The notes: a model not told the origin generated them from the letters alone. DNA of 64,000 bases from a bacterium (GCA_963674595.2 CAXXFV010000027.1:362887-426886); one strand, 5' to 3'. Counted from the stretch's first letter, positions 20,239-31,469 are shown. Program-made: numbers and translations.

Positions 20239-21612
20239 CTAGACATGAAGCCAGGGTTGTGCTTTAGAATTAGGCATGGGTAATTCATGATCTGGTTGCG
20301 GCATAGGCGGGTAATCCGGTGCTTCCAGATTTGTGACCAAATCGGAAATTCGTACCGGCATCCCTGTGGCTATTGAATGATTGGCCGCAACACCACATAA
20401 TATGGAATAAGCGCCGCCACGATGATCTGCCGCCCGTAAATATTTATCCGGTTCAGTGTCCGGCTGAAAAATATCCTTCAACATTACAGGATCAGCACCG
20501 CCATGACCACCTTCTCCTCCCCATATATCCACCTCATAAGCCGGGGCAAAATGGGGAAATACCCGTGTCCAGGTCCCTTCTTTTTTTAATGATCCGGGTA
20601 CGGTCCCGTCACCACTAATGTATACCTGTTCTTCACATTTGTGTTCAATGCGGCCTTTGGTACCATTAAAGGTAACAACATACCCTTCCCAGGGCATAAA
20701 AGCATTTAGCGAATAGGTCAATTGTGCACCACTCTGATAATCGATTATCACTGACATGGTGTCTTCTATATCCATATCCGGACTGAATACACATTTGTCC
20801 CGGAGATAACCATCATACTTTTCATTTTTCAAATATAAACGGTTCAGGTTTTTTATGGATTCAATGTCCAGACAAAAGTTACATCGCTTCTTCTCAGGAC
20901 AGGTATAACACCTTGTATCCCGTTTCAACAATCCATATCGGTCTGCTGTTTTGGGCGTGTAAAACACTCTTTGACCGCGTGCAAAAACTGATTTGGGAAC
21001 CGTGGACAACCACCAGTTCACCAAATCAAAATGATGGGTTGACTTGTGAACCATCAGTCCACCTGAATTCTCTTTCTTTCGATGCCAGCGGCGAAAATAG
21101 TCAGCGCCGTGTTCCGTGTCCAGCATCCAGTGAAAATCAACAGATAATATATTTCCGATTACACCGCTCATCAACAAGTCTTTAACCTGGGCCCTGGGCG
21201 GTGCATAGCGATAATTAAACGTTACCTTACAATGCCGGCCGGTTTCTTTTTGCGTATCCAGAATAGCCTGACATTTCTTTTCATCGATGGTCATTGGTTT
21301 TTCTGTTATCACATCACAACCGGCTTTCATGGCTTTAATTATATATTCATCATGAGCACAGTCACGGGTCGTGACGATTACACAATCCGGTTTAGTCTCT
21401 GTTAACATTTTATCAAATTCATCCGCCCCATATCCGGGAACCTCTACGCCATAGCCATGTGCCCAGTCAATTCGGTCCTTTAAGCGTCCGGCATTGTTAT
21501 CACAAAATCCCACCAGTTCACTGCTTTCTGAATATGTTTCCAAAATTGCTTCACTATACATCTCTCCGCGGGACCCAAGCCCGACTTGAACATATCTTTT
21601 TTTCCGTACCAT
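20239..21612 (-). CDS. Gfo/Idh/MocA family oxidoreductase (YteT-like)
   Basis: 457 aa; VGLGSRG, ITEKPM, NYRYAP, HGADYFRRWH, HKSTHHFDL and GGHGGAD motifs. Confidence 0.9.
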   Translation of the reverse strand: MVRKKRYVQVGLGSRGEMYSEAILETYSESSELVGFCDNNAGRLKDRIDWAHGYGVEVPGYGADEFDKMLTETKPDCVIVTTRDCAHDEYIIKAMKAGCDVITEKPMTIDEKKCQAILDTQKETGRHCKVTFNYRYAPPRAQVKDLLMSGVIGNILSVDFHWMLDTEHGADYFRRWHRKKENSGGLMVHKSTHHFDLVNWWLSTVPKSVFARGQRVFYTPKTADRYGLLKRDTRCYTCPEKKRCNFCLDIESIKNLNRLYLKNEKYDGYLRDKCVFSPDMDIEDTMSVIIDYQSGAQLTYSLNAFMPWEGYVVTFNGTKGRIEHKCEEQVYISGDGTVPGSLKKEGTWTRVFPHFAPAYEVDIWGGEGGHGGADPVMLKDIFQPDTEPDKYLRAADHRGGAYSILCGVAANHSIATGMPVRISDLVTNLEAPDYPPMPQPDHELPMPNSKAQPWLHV

Positions 21613-21655
21613 TATTTCCTCATTTAACTGTAGATAATTTTATTATATAAAAATT

Positions 21656-21705
21656 CTTCCGCAGGGAATCTGATGCCTTTTCCTTAAATCATATCCCTGC
21701 GGAAG
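21656..21705 (-). other. Intergenic long-loop stem-loop
   Basis: Perfect 12-bp inverted repeat CTTCCGCAGGGA (21656-21667) / TCCCTGCGGAAG (21694-21705), 26-nt loop. Confidence 0.65.
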
Positions 21706-21725
21706 GTGCCAAGGAGAAGTATTAA

Positions 21726-23912
21726 TTAGCCCCCTAAACTTACCAAAAATTTCAACATAAAAATAATAAACAACAATACACCAACAGATGATATAAAACC
21801 CAGGGTATCCTCTTTGTCCCATTTTTCCAATTCCCAGTTTGAATTTGGAAAAAGTTTATGATGATCAAATCGCTGTGGATTGGCTAATGACAGGGCCATT
21901 TCTTTTTTATCTTTTTCAATATCCGGATTCACTTTGGTTTTCATTTTTACAAAAAATCTATCCAAAAGCTCCTTATTATCAGCACTGGTGACAAGAGAAA
22001 CCAGAATTAAAATTAAGAATGGTGTAAACGTTCTAATAATAACCCGAATCGTTTCATTAAGTGCATAGGGATTATGTTCCAAATTAAATCCCATTTTATC
22101 AATAAGGACAAGTTCCAAACTGATCATTCCTGCGCCATATTTTTGCCCATTTTTATCATATTTTATTCCTTGTGTCCAAAAAATAGATTTGTGCGGCAGG
22201 CGATCTATTTTAACAAATTTTTCTCCAAGCTTAATGGGGCTGGGTTCAGGACCGATTGCCAATCCTTTTTGATTCAATTCGTGCCATTTGGCAATTTCTT
22301 TTTCACGTACTTCCACATCCTGTTCATGTGCCGTAAAAGAACGCTCCAATGGTTTTGGTTCCGTCATTTTCAGCAGATAGGAATTTGTTCGTAATGACGG
22401 AAATACGACCGGCGTCAACAAAGAAGCAAGAGTAAAGATAACAAGTGTAGCTACAATGGATGTCCAGGCAGCTTTACGATTGGCACGACGCCATTTCATT
22501 CCTAACCAGAAACTGGCTGCAACAACAATGTTAAACTCCCAGGTAAACTTCATCATTTGTAAAATACTGTCAAACTGTGTTGCCACCAGTGCACCACCAA
22601 TTACAACAGCAGCGCCGGCAATTCGTCCCACCAGAATAAAATGTTTTTCACTTCTTTTTTTAGAAAAAGGACGGTATAAATTATGAATTATTAAACTGGA
22701 AGCGGTGATCATTAAACAATCAGCCGTAGACATAAGAGCGGCCATTAAACAGGCAATCATAAGTCCCAGTAAACCTACATTAAGAGATCCCAAAAGATCA
22801 CGTGCTGTGTAACCCCATACTAAATCAGGATTGTGGACCTGATCAGCATATAAAACGATGGCGGCCAAACCCAAAAGTCCCCACAGAATTGTGCAGAACC
22901 GCTTCATAAAATTACCGGATGTAAAGCCCAAACGCGCTGTAAATTCATCTTTGGCGGCGGCAATGGTAACAAGCATATTGGGCGTCATAACCACGTTTAT
23001 AGTAGACATGACCGATATGGCTACAATGTAATACCAGGTAAAATCGATACAGGCCGGAGAACCGAACAAATCAAAAAACGATTCCGGTAACCGCTGGTGA
23101 ATGGTTGTCAAGGCATCAATCATGCCTTCACCGCCATATATTGAATTTATTTTTGAATAAGCAAAGGGCAACAGCATAACCGACAGAATAATTATAAAAA
23201 ATCCCTGCAACGTATCCGAGAGAAAAGCGGCTTCAAGCCCCCCTGCTACGGCATATATCATAACAATTAAACAAACAATCCAGATAATTGCTGTTTCACT
23301 AATGTGAGGAAATAATTTTTGTGGTTTTTCAAGCTGAAGCTGGGCTAATCTTTCTTTTTCTTCACCGGAAAGTAATGAATAATCTGAATTTTTTAATGTT
23401 TCATATTCAAGAGCTTTGTTGTATTCAACCATTTCCTGTTGATTTAATTCATGTACTTCCTTTGGAATAATGGCAACGATGGTTTTTGTCATGGCGCTGA
23501 AACCGATGGCAATATTTGCCATCATGCAAAAACAACCGATTACGGCATAAGTTGCCGCCATATTTTTTGAGCCGTATCTTTCTTCAAAAAAATCACCCAT
23601 TGTTAAAACACGCATACGGCGAAACCAGGGAGAAGTCATCCAATACAGCGGAGTTGCAAACAGCATAAGCAACGAACTCCAAATTCCTCCGGCTCCATTT
23701 GTATAGGTAGTTGTTGTTACACCGACAGCATTTTCGGAACTTGTCGCCTGTCCGAAAGCAGCAAAGGTCTGAATAATTTTGCCGGCCCGCCTTCCTGCCA
23801 GAAAGTAATCTTCCTGATTCTCAATTCGTCGCATTGACCAAACTCCGATCAATACAACAACGATAAAATATGCAACAATAACAATTAAATCTATAATGGG
23901 AAGTCCAAACAT
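21726..23912 (-). CDS. Sodium:solute symporter family transporter
   Basis: 728 aa, multi-TM; EDYFLAGRR, GGLEAAFLSD and LMAALMST motifs. Confidence 0.9.
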   Translation of the reverse strand: MFGLPIIDLIVIVAYFIVVVLIGVWSMRRIENQEDYFLAGRRAGKIIQTFAAFGQATSSENAVGVTTTTYTNGAGGIWSSLLMLFATPLYWMTSPWFRRMRVLTMGDFFEERYGSKNMAATYAVIGCFCMMANIAIGFSAMTKTIVAIIPKEVHELNQQEMVEYNKALEYETLKNSDYSLLSGEEKERLAQLQLEKPQKLFPHISETAIIWIVCLIVMIYAVAGGLEAAFLSDTLQGFFIIILSVMLLPFAYSKINSIYGGEGMIDALTTIHQRLPESFFDLFGSPACIDFTWYYIVAISVMSTINVVMTPNMLVTIAAAKDEFTARLGFTSGNFMKRFCTILWGLLGLAAIVLYADQVHNPDLVWGYTARDLLGSLNVGLLGLMIACLMAALMSTADCLMITASSLIIHNLYRPFSKKRSEKHFILVGRIAGAAVVIGGALVATQFDSILQMMKFTWEFNIVVAASFWLGMKWRRANRKAAWTSIVATLVIFTLASLLTPVVFPSLRTNSYLLKMTEPKPLERSFTAHEQDVEVREKEIAKWHELNQKGLAIGPEPSPIKLGEKFVKIDRLPHKSIFWTQGIKYDKNGQKYGAGMISLELVLIDKMGFNLEHNPYALNETIRVIIRTFTPFLILILVSLVTSADNKELLDRFFVKMKTKVNPDIEKDKKEMALSLANPQRFDHHKLFPNSNWELEKWDKEDTLGFISSVGVLLFIIFMLKFLVSLGG

Positions 23913-23922
23913 TTAATCCTCG

Positions 23923-24786
23923 CTATCTTCTTTTTGTCATCAATGGTAATACTTGATTGTCGTAGCAGGAGTCAATCTGCAGTCCGTCAACTTCCCAAGC
24001 CAACATTTTTCGAACATCATTTTGTCCCTGTTGAAAGGCATCTCCTGTTTTATAATGGCTTAAATTTACGCTCGCAATGATTTTTAAACCCATTTTATGG
24101 AACTCTTTGAATTCATCTTTATTAAAATGCTTGGGTGAATTAAAAATAAAATAAAGTTGATTAAAATTCTTTGGTAACTGCGGCAGCATTTCTCTGGTTG
24201 TTTTAGCATCTTTTCGCCATGCAACCATAGCCTTGCCTAAAAATCTTTCCGTAACTTTATCCTGGTTGTTTTTTGGTCTACCGTCCAGGATAAACAAGGC
24301 ATTTTTTAAAAGTCCGTGGTTGCTTAATGATTTCTCCACTTCCATAATATATTGTTCAAGAAATTGGTCGGAAACACCCTTTGTGTCAACCATAACATCA
24401 ATTCTGCCTTCACACCGAACACAATATTCTTCAAAGGTTGGAATTTGTTCCTGGCTTTTTAACAGCTTTATTTGTTTCAGTTCTTCAAGAGTCAGATCAG
24501 AAATATTTTTATCAATACCTGTTTCTCGTTTTAAATTTTCATCATGAAAACATACAACATGACCATCTTTGGTCACTCTGGCATCAATTTCAATATGTGT
24601 ATACCCTCTTTGGATTGCTTCTTCCAAACCTTTAATACTATTTTCGGAGCGTTCTTCATCGACAACACCACCACGATGAGCAACCAGGATAAAGTCTTTT
24701 GGCAGCATCTGGTTTTTGGAACAAGAAAAAATAAAAAGGATAGTTAAAATTGTCATCAACATGTTAAAATTAATCTTTTTCATCAA
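23923..24786 (-). CDS. Glycerophosphodiester phosphodiesterase family lipoprotein
   Basis: VAHRGG, ENS, IEIDARVTKDGHVVCFHD and VDGLQID motifs; lipobox-like IFSC. Confidence 0.9.
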   Translation of the reverse strand: MMKKINFNMLMTILTILFIFSCSKNQMLPKDFILVAHRGGVVDEERSENSIKGLEEAIQRGYTHIEIDARVTKDGHVVCFHDENLKRETGIDKNISDLTLEELKQIKLLKSQEQIPTFEEYCVRCEGRIDVMVDTKGVSDQFLEQYIMEVEKSLSNHGLLKNALFILDGRPKNNQDKVTERFLGKAMVAWRKDAKTTREMLPQLPKNFNQLYFIFNSPKHFNKDEFKEFHKMGLKIIASVNLSHYKTGDAFQQGQNDVRKMLAWEVDGLQIDSCYDNQVLPLMTKRR

Positions 24787-24949
24787 ATTACCTTTGTTTA
24801 ATATTTTTCATTTCTCTTTTTACAATAAACAAGTCTGTTTGTTTTGCTTGCTCTGATATTAATATATTCAAATAAAAATTTGCATTGAAATATTTAGATA
24901 TTATTTATATAAGAAAATTATATTGCTTATTATTTTCTTAAAATAACAA

Positions 24950-26635
24950 TTAGTTAAAACAGTTTTTTAAAACAAAATCTTTAACAACAACCTGAGGATT
25001 GTTTGAGTATTTATCCAACACAAGGTTATAAAGATAATCTTTTTTCTGTTTTTCCAACTGTGTTATTACCTGATCCTGCACTTGATTAAAGGGAATATAT
25101 AATTCGTTAATATCAGCTAAAAATAAAATTGAAAAGCCATCCTTGTTTTTTACAGGCCCTGTCATTCCACCTTTTGAAAGTTTAAATGCAGCTTTTCCTA
25201 TTTCACCCATGTCAGATTTTTTTATGTCTCCAAGATCACCCTGTTTCTGCCGAAATCCCTTTCGTTGTGTATATTTTTCAGCCAAATTTCGAAATGTTTT
25301 TTCAGTTCTATCACCAGCTTTTAATTCTTTAATAACATCCCACGCTTGTTGTTCATTCTTTAACAAAATCTCTAAAACATGCAAATCAGGATTAAAATAA
25401 TATTTCCTTTTAATATTGGTATAAAAAGACTCATAATCCTTTTGAGATAAGGAATAAGAATCCACATAGTTGTTAAAAAACAGACTTGCAAGAATCTCTG
25501 TTCGTTTTTCTGCTAAAATATTTTGTACCTTTTCATCCTTTTGCACTTTTTTGTTTTTCGCTATATCTAATAAAAAATAATTACGTAGGCTCATTGCAAC
25601 GGCGCTGTACATTCCTTTACCCAATGCATTTGGAGATACTGTGTAAAGGTATTTGAAAAACTGTTCAACGGTCCATGCACCACCATCATAAACTGCAATA
25701 TTTTCATTATGATATTTATCAAAAATATTTTGAAATGAGGTTTTTTCCTTTTCCAGATAATCCGGGTTTAGCTTCTTATCCTTAATATTCCTTCTTTCCT
25801 TTTCGAACAGAACTATTAACGGCAAATTCATTTTAATATTTTTTTCGCTCATCATTTTTTTTATCCGCAGGTCAGCATTATGCTTTAACAAACGGTTGTA
25901 TAACTGCTGCTCTATACTTTTTTTCCTCGTATTAAATTCCATTTCACGAAGAATAGGATTCACGATTTTATTGTTTAATCGAATAATATGCCATCCGTAT
26001 TTAGACTCTACCGGTTTAGAAATTTCACCTATATTTAAAGAATAAGCTGCGTTTTCAAAATCCCATTCCAAATCACCCCATTGTACCATTCCTAAATCAC
26101 CGCCATTTTCTTTAAAAACCGGATTTTTAAAACATTCTTTTGCAAGATTTTCAAAGGATTCTCCTTTTTGCAGACGGTTATAAAGAGAATCAATACCGGC
26201 TTTTGTATGTGAAACAAGATGGCTCAAATCCAGTTTTGTATGTTGCCGTTTAAAAGCCTCTTCAATTTCTTCCGGTGTTATGGGTTCCATGGTTTGTTGT
26301 ATTTCTTTCTCATACAATCCGTGAATCATGGCAGAGGCAGATTCTGTTTTCATCAGATTTTTATAAATTAAAGTTGTATCAAAACCAGCATTGACAGCCT
26401 CTTTAGCTAAAAAGTAGGCTGTAATCATTTTGTCTATATGGTTTTTCCTTTGTTCAAAATTATCCTGAACATCTACCGGAGAAAACTGTAAATCTTTTAA
26501 ATAGCTACGTGCAAAGGATGCAACTGAAATTTTATAATCATCAACCTGAGCGACAGTTTTATTTTCATCATTTGGTTTGGAACAGGCCAACAGGAATAAA
26601 AAGGGTATAAAAATATGTTTGACATTTAATCTCAT
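24950..26635 (-). CDS. Parvulin (PpiC-type) peptidyl-prolyl isomerase lipoprotein, two rotamase domains
   Basis: FENLAK..GGDLG..W..FENAAYSL.IGEISKPVESKYGWHII plus a second domain (QGDLG). Start moved to ATG 26635 (MRLNVK...LLAC lipobox). Confidence 0.85.
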   Translation of the reverse strand: MRLNVKHIFIPFLFLLACSKPNDENKTVAQVDDYKISVASFARSYLKDLQFSPVDVQDNFEQRKNHIDKMITAYFLAKEAVNAGFDTTLIYKNLMKTESASAMIHGLYEKEIQQTMEPITPEEIEEAFKRQHTKLDLSHLVSHTKAGIDSLYNRLQKGESFENLAKECFKNPVFKENGGDLGMVQWGDLEWDFENAAYSLNIGEISKPVESKYGWHIIRLNNKIVNPILREMEFNTRKKSIEQQLYNRLLKHNADLRIKKMMSEKNIKMNLPLIVLFEKERRNIKDKKLNPDYLEKEKTSFQNIFDKYHNENIAVYDGGAWTVEQFFKYLYTVSPNALGKGMYSAVAMSLRNYFLLDIAKNKKVQKDEKVQNILAEKRTEILASLFFNNYVDSYSLSQKDYESFYTNIKRKYYFNPDLHVLEILLKNEQQAWDVIKELKAGDRTEKTFRNLAEKYTQRKGFRQKQGDLGDIKKSDMGEIGKAAFKLSKGGMTGPVKNKDGFSILFLADINELYIPFNQVQDQVITQLEKQKKDYLYNLVLDKYSNNPQVVVKDFVLKNCFN

Positions 26636-26667
26636 AATATCTTTCTGGAAAAAATTAATTAATAAGA

Positions 26668-26742
26668 AGGGCTGCATCTAAATGTTTAAAACGGAATGAT
26701 ATGGCGTACAAACATTAAAAACACTTGATTTGATACAGCCCT
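26668..26742 (-). other. Intergenic long stem-loop
   Basis: Minus-strand AGGGCUGUAUC / GAUGCAGCCCU 11-bp stem (one G-U pair) plus inner AAUGUUU/AAACAUU helix. Confidence 0.55.
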
Positions 26743-26764
26743 GCTTTCATTGGTTTGGAGGATC

Positions 26765-27808
26765 CTAAAAAATTAAACCAACAGAAAATCGCTGTGCACT
26801 ATCTAAAACATCCCAATCTGACCATGCATAGTCAATGCGTATACCTGTTTGACCACGCCGATACAGATCGATACCTCCTCCAAAGGTAACACCATTAATA
26901 TGGTCTTTTTCAAACATGTTTTCATAACCACCACGCAGATAAAACATGTTATTAAATCCCCATTCAGCACCGATATTGATACCTTCCTTGGCGTTGCTTG
27001 GATGGTAAGCATCCACACTTAGCAGCAAATTACCCAAAGTCCCCATATTACTTTCATATGACATTCCAATCCTAAATAGAACTGGTAAGTTTGATGCATC
27101 TGTATCATAATTAACCGGTACACGATCAAAATTTTCTACTCCTTCATCCGGATCAACAATGGTCATTAGATGACGGCCGCCATAGGATAATTTAGTACCA
27201 AAATTGGTCATTGCCGCCCCCACCCTCAATCCGCTAATCATCGTATTATAAAAAACACCAACATCAACGGCAGCGGCCGAACCGGACATCGTCCAAATTC
27301 GCTGACGAATATACTTGCCGGTAAAGCCAAATGAAAATCTATCTGTCAAGGCCGTAGCCCAGGTAAGCCCAAAAGCAAAATCACGCCCGTCAAACATTTC
27401 CCCGGTTCCTTCAGGCATTTCAACAGTTCTAACCTTTTCTTCACCATAACCTAAACTGATAAGGCTAAAACCAAAAGATGAATGTAACATCGGCAAAGGA
27501 ACAACAAGCCCAACAAAGTCATAATTTGTATCTACCAGCCACTCGTTGTGCATCACTTCAACCTGGACTTGATTTACCCAAGCGATACCAGCCGGATTCC
27601 AGTACAATGCTGACACATCATTTGCTACAGATGCGTAAGCGCCTCCCATTCCCATAGCTCGGGCACCGGCTCCAATTTCCAGAAATGAGGCTGCATTTGT
27701 TCCGGTTCCGGAAACATCCTTAACAAAGCTGACCGGATCACTGCTTTCTGCAAATAGCAATGAAACCGATAACAAAAAAATCAAAATTAAAACTAGTTTT
27801 GTATTCAT
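26765..27808 (-). CDS. PorV/PorQ-like (UPF0164) outer-membrane beta-barrel
   Basis: GTNAASFLEIGAGARAMGMGGAY...ALYWNPAG; terminal Phe. Confidence 0.88.
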   Translation of the reverse strand: MNTKLVLILIFLLSVSLLFAESSDPVSFVKDVSGTGTNAASFLEIGAGARAMGMGGAYASVANDVSALYWNPAGIAWVNQVQVEVMHNEWLVDTNYDFVGLVVPLPMLHSSFGFSLISLGYGEEKVRTVEMPEGTGEMFDGRDFAFGLTWATALTDRFSFGFTGKYIRQRIWTMSGSAAAVDVGVFYNTMISGLRVGAAMTNFGTKLSYGGRHLMTIVDPDEGVENFDRVPVNYDTDASNLPVLFRIGMSYESNMGTLGNLLLSVDAYHPSNAKEGINIGAEWGFNNMFYLRGGYENMFEKDHINGVTFGGGIDLYRRGQTGIRIDYAWSDWDVLDSAQRFSVGLIF

Positions 27809-27824
27809 AATAACCTCAATAGGT

Positions 27825-30800
27825 TTATTTAATTATTGCCAATTTACCCTTTACTCCACCAATTCCTGGGGCCTCAACATAATAAAAATAGTATCCGGCA
27901 GCGACTTCCAATCCGTCCTTGGACCGCAAGTCCCAACTCTCGCGCCCTTGAAGGATGGATTCATCATGATTAATTTCACGAACCAATCGTCCAGCAACTG
28001 TAAATATTTTAATCGTACATTTTGCCGGTAAATTTACGAAATCAATACGGCGATTTCCCCGGCCAAGCTCTGTTTCGATTAACTTTGTTTCAAGTGTACT
28101 TTGTGCAAGATAAGGATTGGGTACAACATAAATATCACTAAGATCATCTTTTAGAGTTTGTGACTCTACTATGTTACCTCTCATAGTAAATTCATAAACA
28201 TCATTACGATTAAATGGTTTTTTTGTTGTAACTTTTAAAACGTCACCATTCTCAGGTAAAACAATTTCTTCGTCAGCAGGACTGTTTACATTGAACCGCC
28301 ACGATTTTTGTGTGTTTTTATATGTATTATCAGACTGTAAAACCGGTTTGATATAAATAGTAATTTTATCTCCGGGATAAAAGCAACCTGCATATTCTTC
28401 AGGTTTCGCACGAGCCTCACTGTATTTAAAAGGCAATTTGAATTCATCGCCCACATCTGTAACATCCCAAATCTGAAAATTTGTGGGAATCTTTTTCGTC
28501 ATTGACGTGTCAGCGCCTACTTTAGATATTCTCACCTCATAATCACGTGGAACAGCTCTCGCAAGATATACATCAAGGTAGCAATCTAAATTAGTGTTAC
28601 TTTGAACCCATCCAACAGTATCTGCAGCAAGCCAAAGATATTCTTGTTTTAAAGCGTTTGTAGTTTTTGCATCATTTGTAATAATCAGTTGAAAACCATC
28701 ATATATTTTATCGTCTAAACTGGTTTCTTCATTAGTATTAAAATAAAGGTCTTTATCATCATCGGCCATCGGTATATAGCCCATATTTAATAGAGTATCA
28801 TCATCTGTAATATCTACTAAATAACATCCGTTTGTATAACCGGTATATAAACTGTCACCATCTCCGATCAAATCTTGAAAATAACCATCATCCTTAAAAC
28901 CAATTCGATAAGTATGATTGTTTAGTACTTCAGCAGGTGAAATAATATTAATAGATATTGAACCTGTTGCATCACCGTCAACATGTTCAATAGTATCTTT
29001 AACATGTGGTTGAATATATCCGGCAGACATTTCCTGAGGAATTGTAACCGCACAGTTTTGATCTGTAAATATAACCCTTCCCAAGGCATCTGTTTGAATA
29101 GTCATGGAACATTCGGTTGGTGATATCGGCTGTAAATTTTCCTTTTCAACCAATTCTCTGCTGTAAAAATCGACATCATATCCTTTATCATAGGACGTTA
29201 CAGCATAATAATAGGTCCGCCCATTTGTAAGGTTGGTGTCCACAAAAGAGTGCCTCAGACCTGTATCAGTTCCCATAGTCATGGCTAAACCATAATCACT
29301 GTCGGCGCCACCTTCCCGTCCTGTAGTAATTGGATGGGCACCGGTTAAACCATCAATCAAATCAAACTGGGCAATTGGTTCATAGTTGACCGGATTTCCA
29401 TAAGCATCGGTAATGGTTTTGACTTCTGTAAAAGTTGGATCTGTACTTCGATAGATTTTGTACCCTTCGAAATCTTTTCCATAAAGCGGATCCAATGATT
29501 CTTCAGCTAGTGTATCCCACTGTAAAACAACCTCACCATCTCCGGCAATGGCCTTTAACCACGGTTTTCTCGGCGGTTTGGCAAAATTATAATCATTATC
29601 ATAAATGATTTGCATGGTACGTTTGTTTCGTAAAATATCATCAAAATCATTTCCAAATAAACATGCAATTGCATATCGATGGAACGGATCACCACCATGA
29701 GACTCTGCATATTCTTGCACATTATATAAAGGCACATAACCAGATCCATAAGTAAAACTTATATCATTATCCCAGTTAGGTTCCCTTACTTCTTGACCAG
29801 GAACGAGTTCAACTCTCCAAAAACCATCATCATCAATCATTCTTGAGTTAACACTTCTTAAATAAAAAGAGGTCAATCCAATTTGATCAGACTCATCATT
29901 ATCCGTATTATCAAAATTTGGTTCATTTGGATCCGGTTTCCCATTACATTCAGTCCCGTCATCATCCGGTCCGGTATAGTCCTGCATTCCAGGACCAATA
30001 CCGTCTGTTCCAAGATCGTCACCAGGAGATTCAAAATCCAAAAAACCGTTCATATTTTCATCTTCACCACTATCAAGAATACCGTTATAATTCAGGTCTT
30101 CCGTGTCATAAACACCGTTCCCATTTTCATCATCAAAACTTTGCCAGTCACCGTCATTATCTTTACCGTCGTATTGAGTCTCATCTATCATACCATCTTC
30201 ATCATTGTCAATACCATCTTCCTTTCCAGGGCTCTCTAAAAAGGCAAAACCAAAATAACCGGTGGGAGCTTTGTGTTCAACACGCCAAAGTTCATTTTTA
30301 TCCCAAACATAAGTAATATCCTCTTCCGTATCCCAATCCCCAGTATCATTTCCATGTGCATGAGCAACATCAACATCACATACCATACCAATAACAGAAT
30401 AATCAACAGTTTTACCGTAATTGTAAATATCATAAATAGATATTAAAATATCTTCAGCCAACCGTGCAGCCCATTGATAATTTCTAACTTCAACAGTAAC
30501 ACCCAATCCCATTCTACAATTCGGCCAGGCTGTTGTATCCGGTATATTTGTTCCAGAAAAATTAAATGGATAATATTTAAATTTATCATTTTCATGATCA
30601 TCCATCACATAAAATGATTCCTGGTCAGCCCGAATATACTCTCCAAACTCTCCATTCCAAACACCGGCTCTATAGCCAACAACATCACCATTTCGATCAT
30701 CTTCAGGGTGATGTGCCGGCCAATACGTCGGCCAGGTTTCCCGTCGATGACTCATCGCACAATATTCAACAACATTCTGCATGGATAAATCTAAAATTTC

Positions 30801-31409
30801 ATTTCCGTTAAAATCCTCACTCGATTGCAGCATCCCGTCACCTTCACCATCATCATGTGTGTTGGGAAGCCCATCAACACCCATGTCCTCACTAATACCA
30901 TACATGGGAATGTCTGTTGCATCAGGGGAATTATGATTATAATATTTTGGAATAGGGGTAAACCAATATTGATGAGTACCATCAGATGAACCGTTAGGAT
31001 CTCGTTCAAAACGATCCGAAACAATATGTATAACATCACCGTTAATATTAAGCACCTGACCGGCAACAAAAAAATTAAACACATAACCGTAACTTCTTTC
31101 ATTCGCTCCTTTGGGCCAGTTCATATTGTAACCGCCTGTCGCATCAGAATATCCTTTGGCAAATTGCCCCTGATTGAAAAAACCGGTTTCTACTAAATTA
31201 CCATCGTGCACAGAATAACGGGCATATATGGCATCCCCAACATCGTCGCTGCTTTGTTTTGAAAGTTTATTTGGAACATAATTTCGACTACTCTGATAAA
31301 CATTTATATCACCGTTTTTCTTGGTATCTTTGTTTGTTTCTGCGTTCCCTTGAGTAAAAGGTATCATCAGCAAAAACAACACTAATAAATAATTATAAAT
31401 AAACCGCAC
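27825..31409 (-). CDS. Large secreted acidic protein with Ca-binding DxDxDG repeats, FN3-like domain and VVPNPY-type C-terminal domain (GTG start)
   Basis: 1194 aa; DGIDNDEDGMIDE repeats; AGDGEVVLQWD...FEGYKIYRS...NGRTYYYAV; tail IYVVPNPY...GKLAIIK. Confidence 0.8.
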   Translation of the reverse strand: MRFIYNYLLVLFLLMIPFTQGNAETNKDTKKNGDINVYQSSRNYVPNKLSKQSSDDVGDAIYARYSVHDGNLVETGFFNQGQFAKGYSDATGGYNMNWPKGANERSYGYVFNFFVAGQVLNINGDVIHIVSDRFERDPNGSSDGTHQYWFTPIPKYYNHNSPDATDIPMYGISEDMGVDGLPNTHDDGEGDGMLQSSEDFNGNEILDLSMQNVVEYCAMSHRRETWPTYWPAHHPEDDRNGDVVGYRAGVWNGEFGEYIRADQESFYVMDDHENDKFKYYPFNFSGTNIPDTTAWPNCRMGLGVTVEVRNYQWAARLAEDILISIYDIYNYGKTVDYSVIGMVCDVDVAHAHGNDTGDWDTEEDITYVWDKNELWRVEHKAPTGYFGFAFLESPGKEDGIDNDEDGMIDETQYDGKDNDGDWQSFDDENGNGVYDTEDLNYNGILDSGEDENMNGFLDFESPGDDLGTDGIGPGMQDYTGPDDDGTECNGKPDPNEPNFDNTDNDESDQIGLTSFYLRSVNSRMIDDDGFWRVELVPGQEVREPNWDNDISFTYGSGYVPLYNVQEYAESHGGDPFHRYAIACLFGNDFDDILRNKRTMQIIYDNDYNFAKPPRKPWLKAIAGDGEVVLQWDTLAEESLDPLYGKDFEGYKIYRSTDPTFTEVKTITDAYGNPVNYEPIAQFDLIDGLTGAHPITTGREGGADSDYGLAMTMGTDTGLRHSFVDTNLTNGRTYYYAVTSYDKGYDVDFYSRELVEKENLQPISPTECSMTIQTDALGRVIFTDQNCAVTIPQEMSAGYIQPHVKDTIEHVDGDATGSISINIISPAEVLNNHTYRIGFKDDGYFQDLIGDGDSLYTGYTNGCYLVDITDDDTLLNMGYIPMADDDKDLYFNTNEETSLDDKIYDGFQLIITNDAKTTNALKQEYLWLAADTVGWVQSNTNLDCYLDVYLARAVPRDYEVRISKVGADTSMTKKIPTNFQIWDVTDVGDEFKLPFKYSEARAKPEEYAGCFYPGDKITIYIKPVLQSDNTYKNTQKSWRFNVNSPADEEIVLPENGDVLKVTTKKPFNRNDVYEFTMRGNIVESQTLKDDLSDIYVVPNPYLAQSTLETKLIETELGRGNRRIDFVNLPAKCTIKIFTVAGRLVREINHDESILQGRESWDLRSKDGLEVAAGYYFYYVEAPGIGGVKGKLAIIK

Positions 31410-31469
31410 GTCGTGTTCTCCTTTATTCGTTTAAAAATTTTATATTTGAAAACGACAATTATTATAAAA

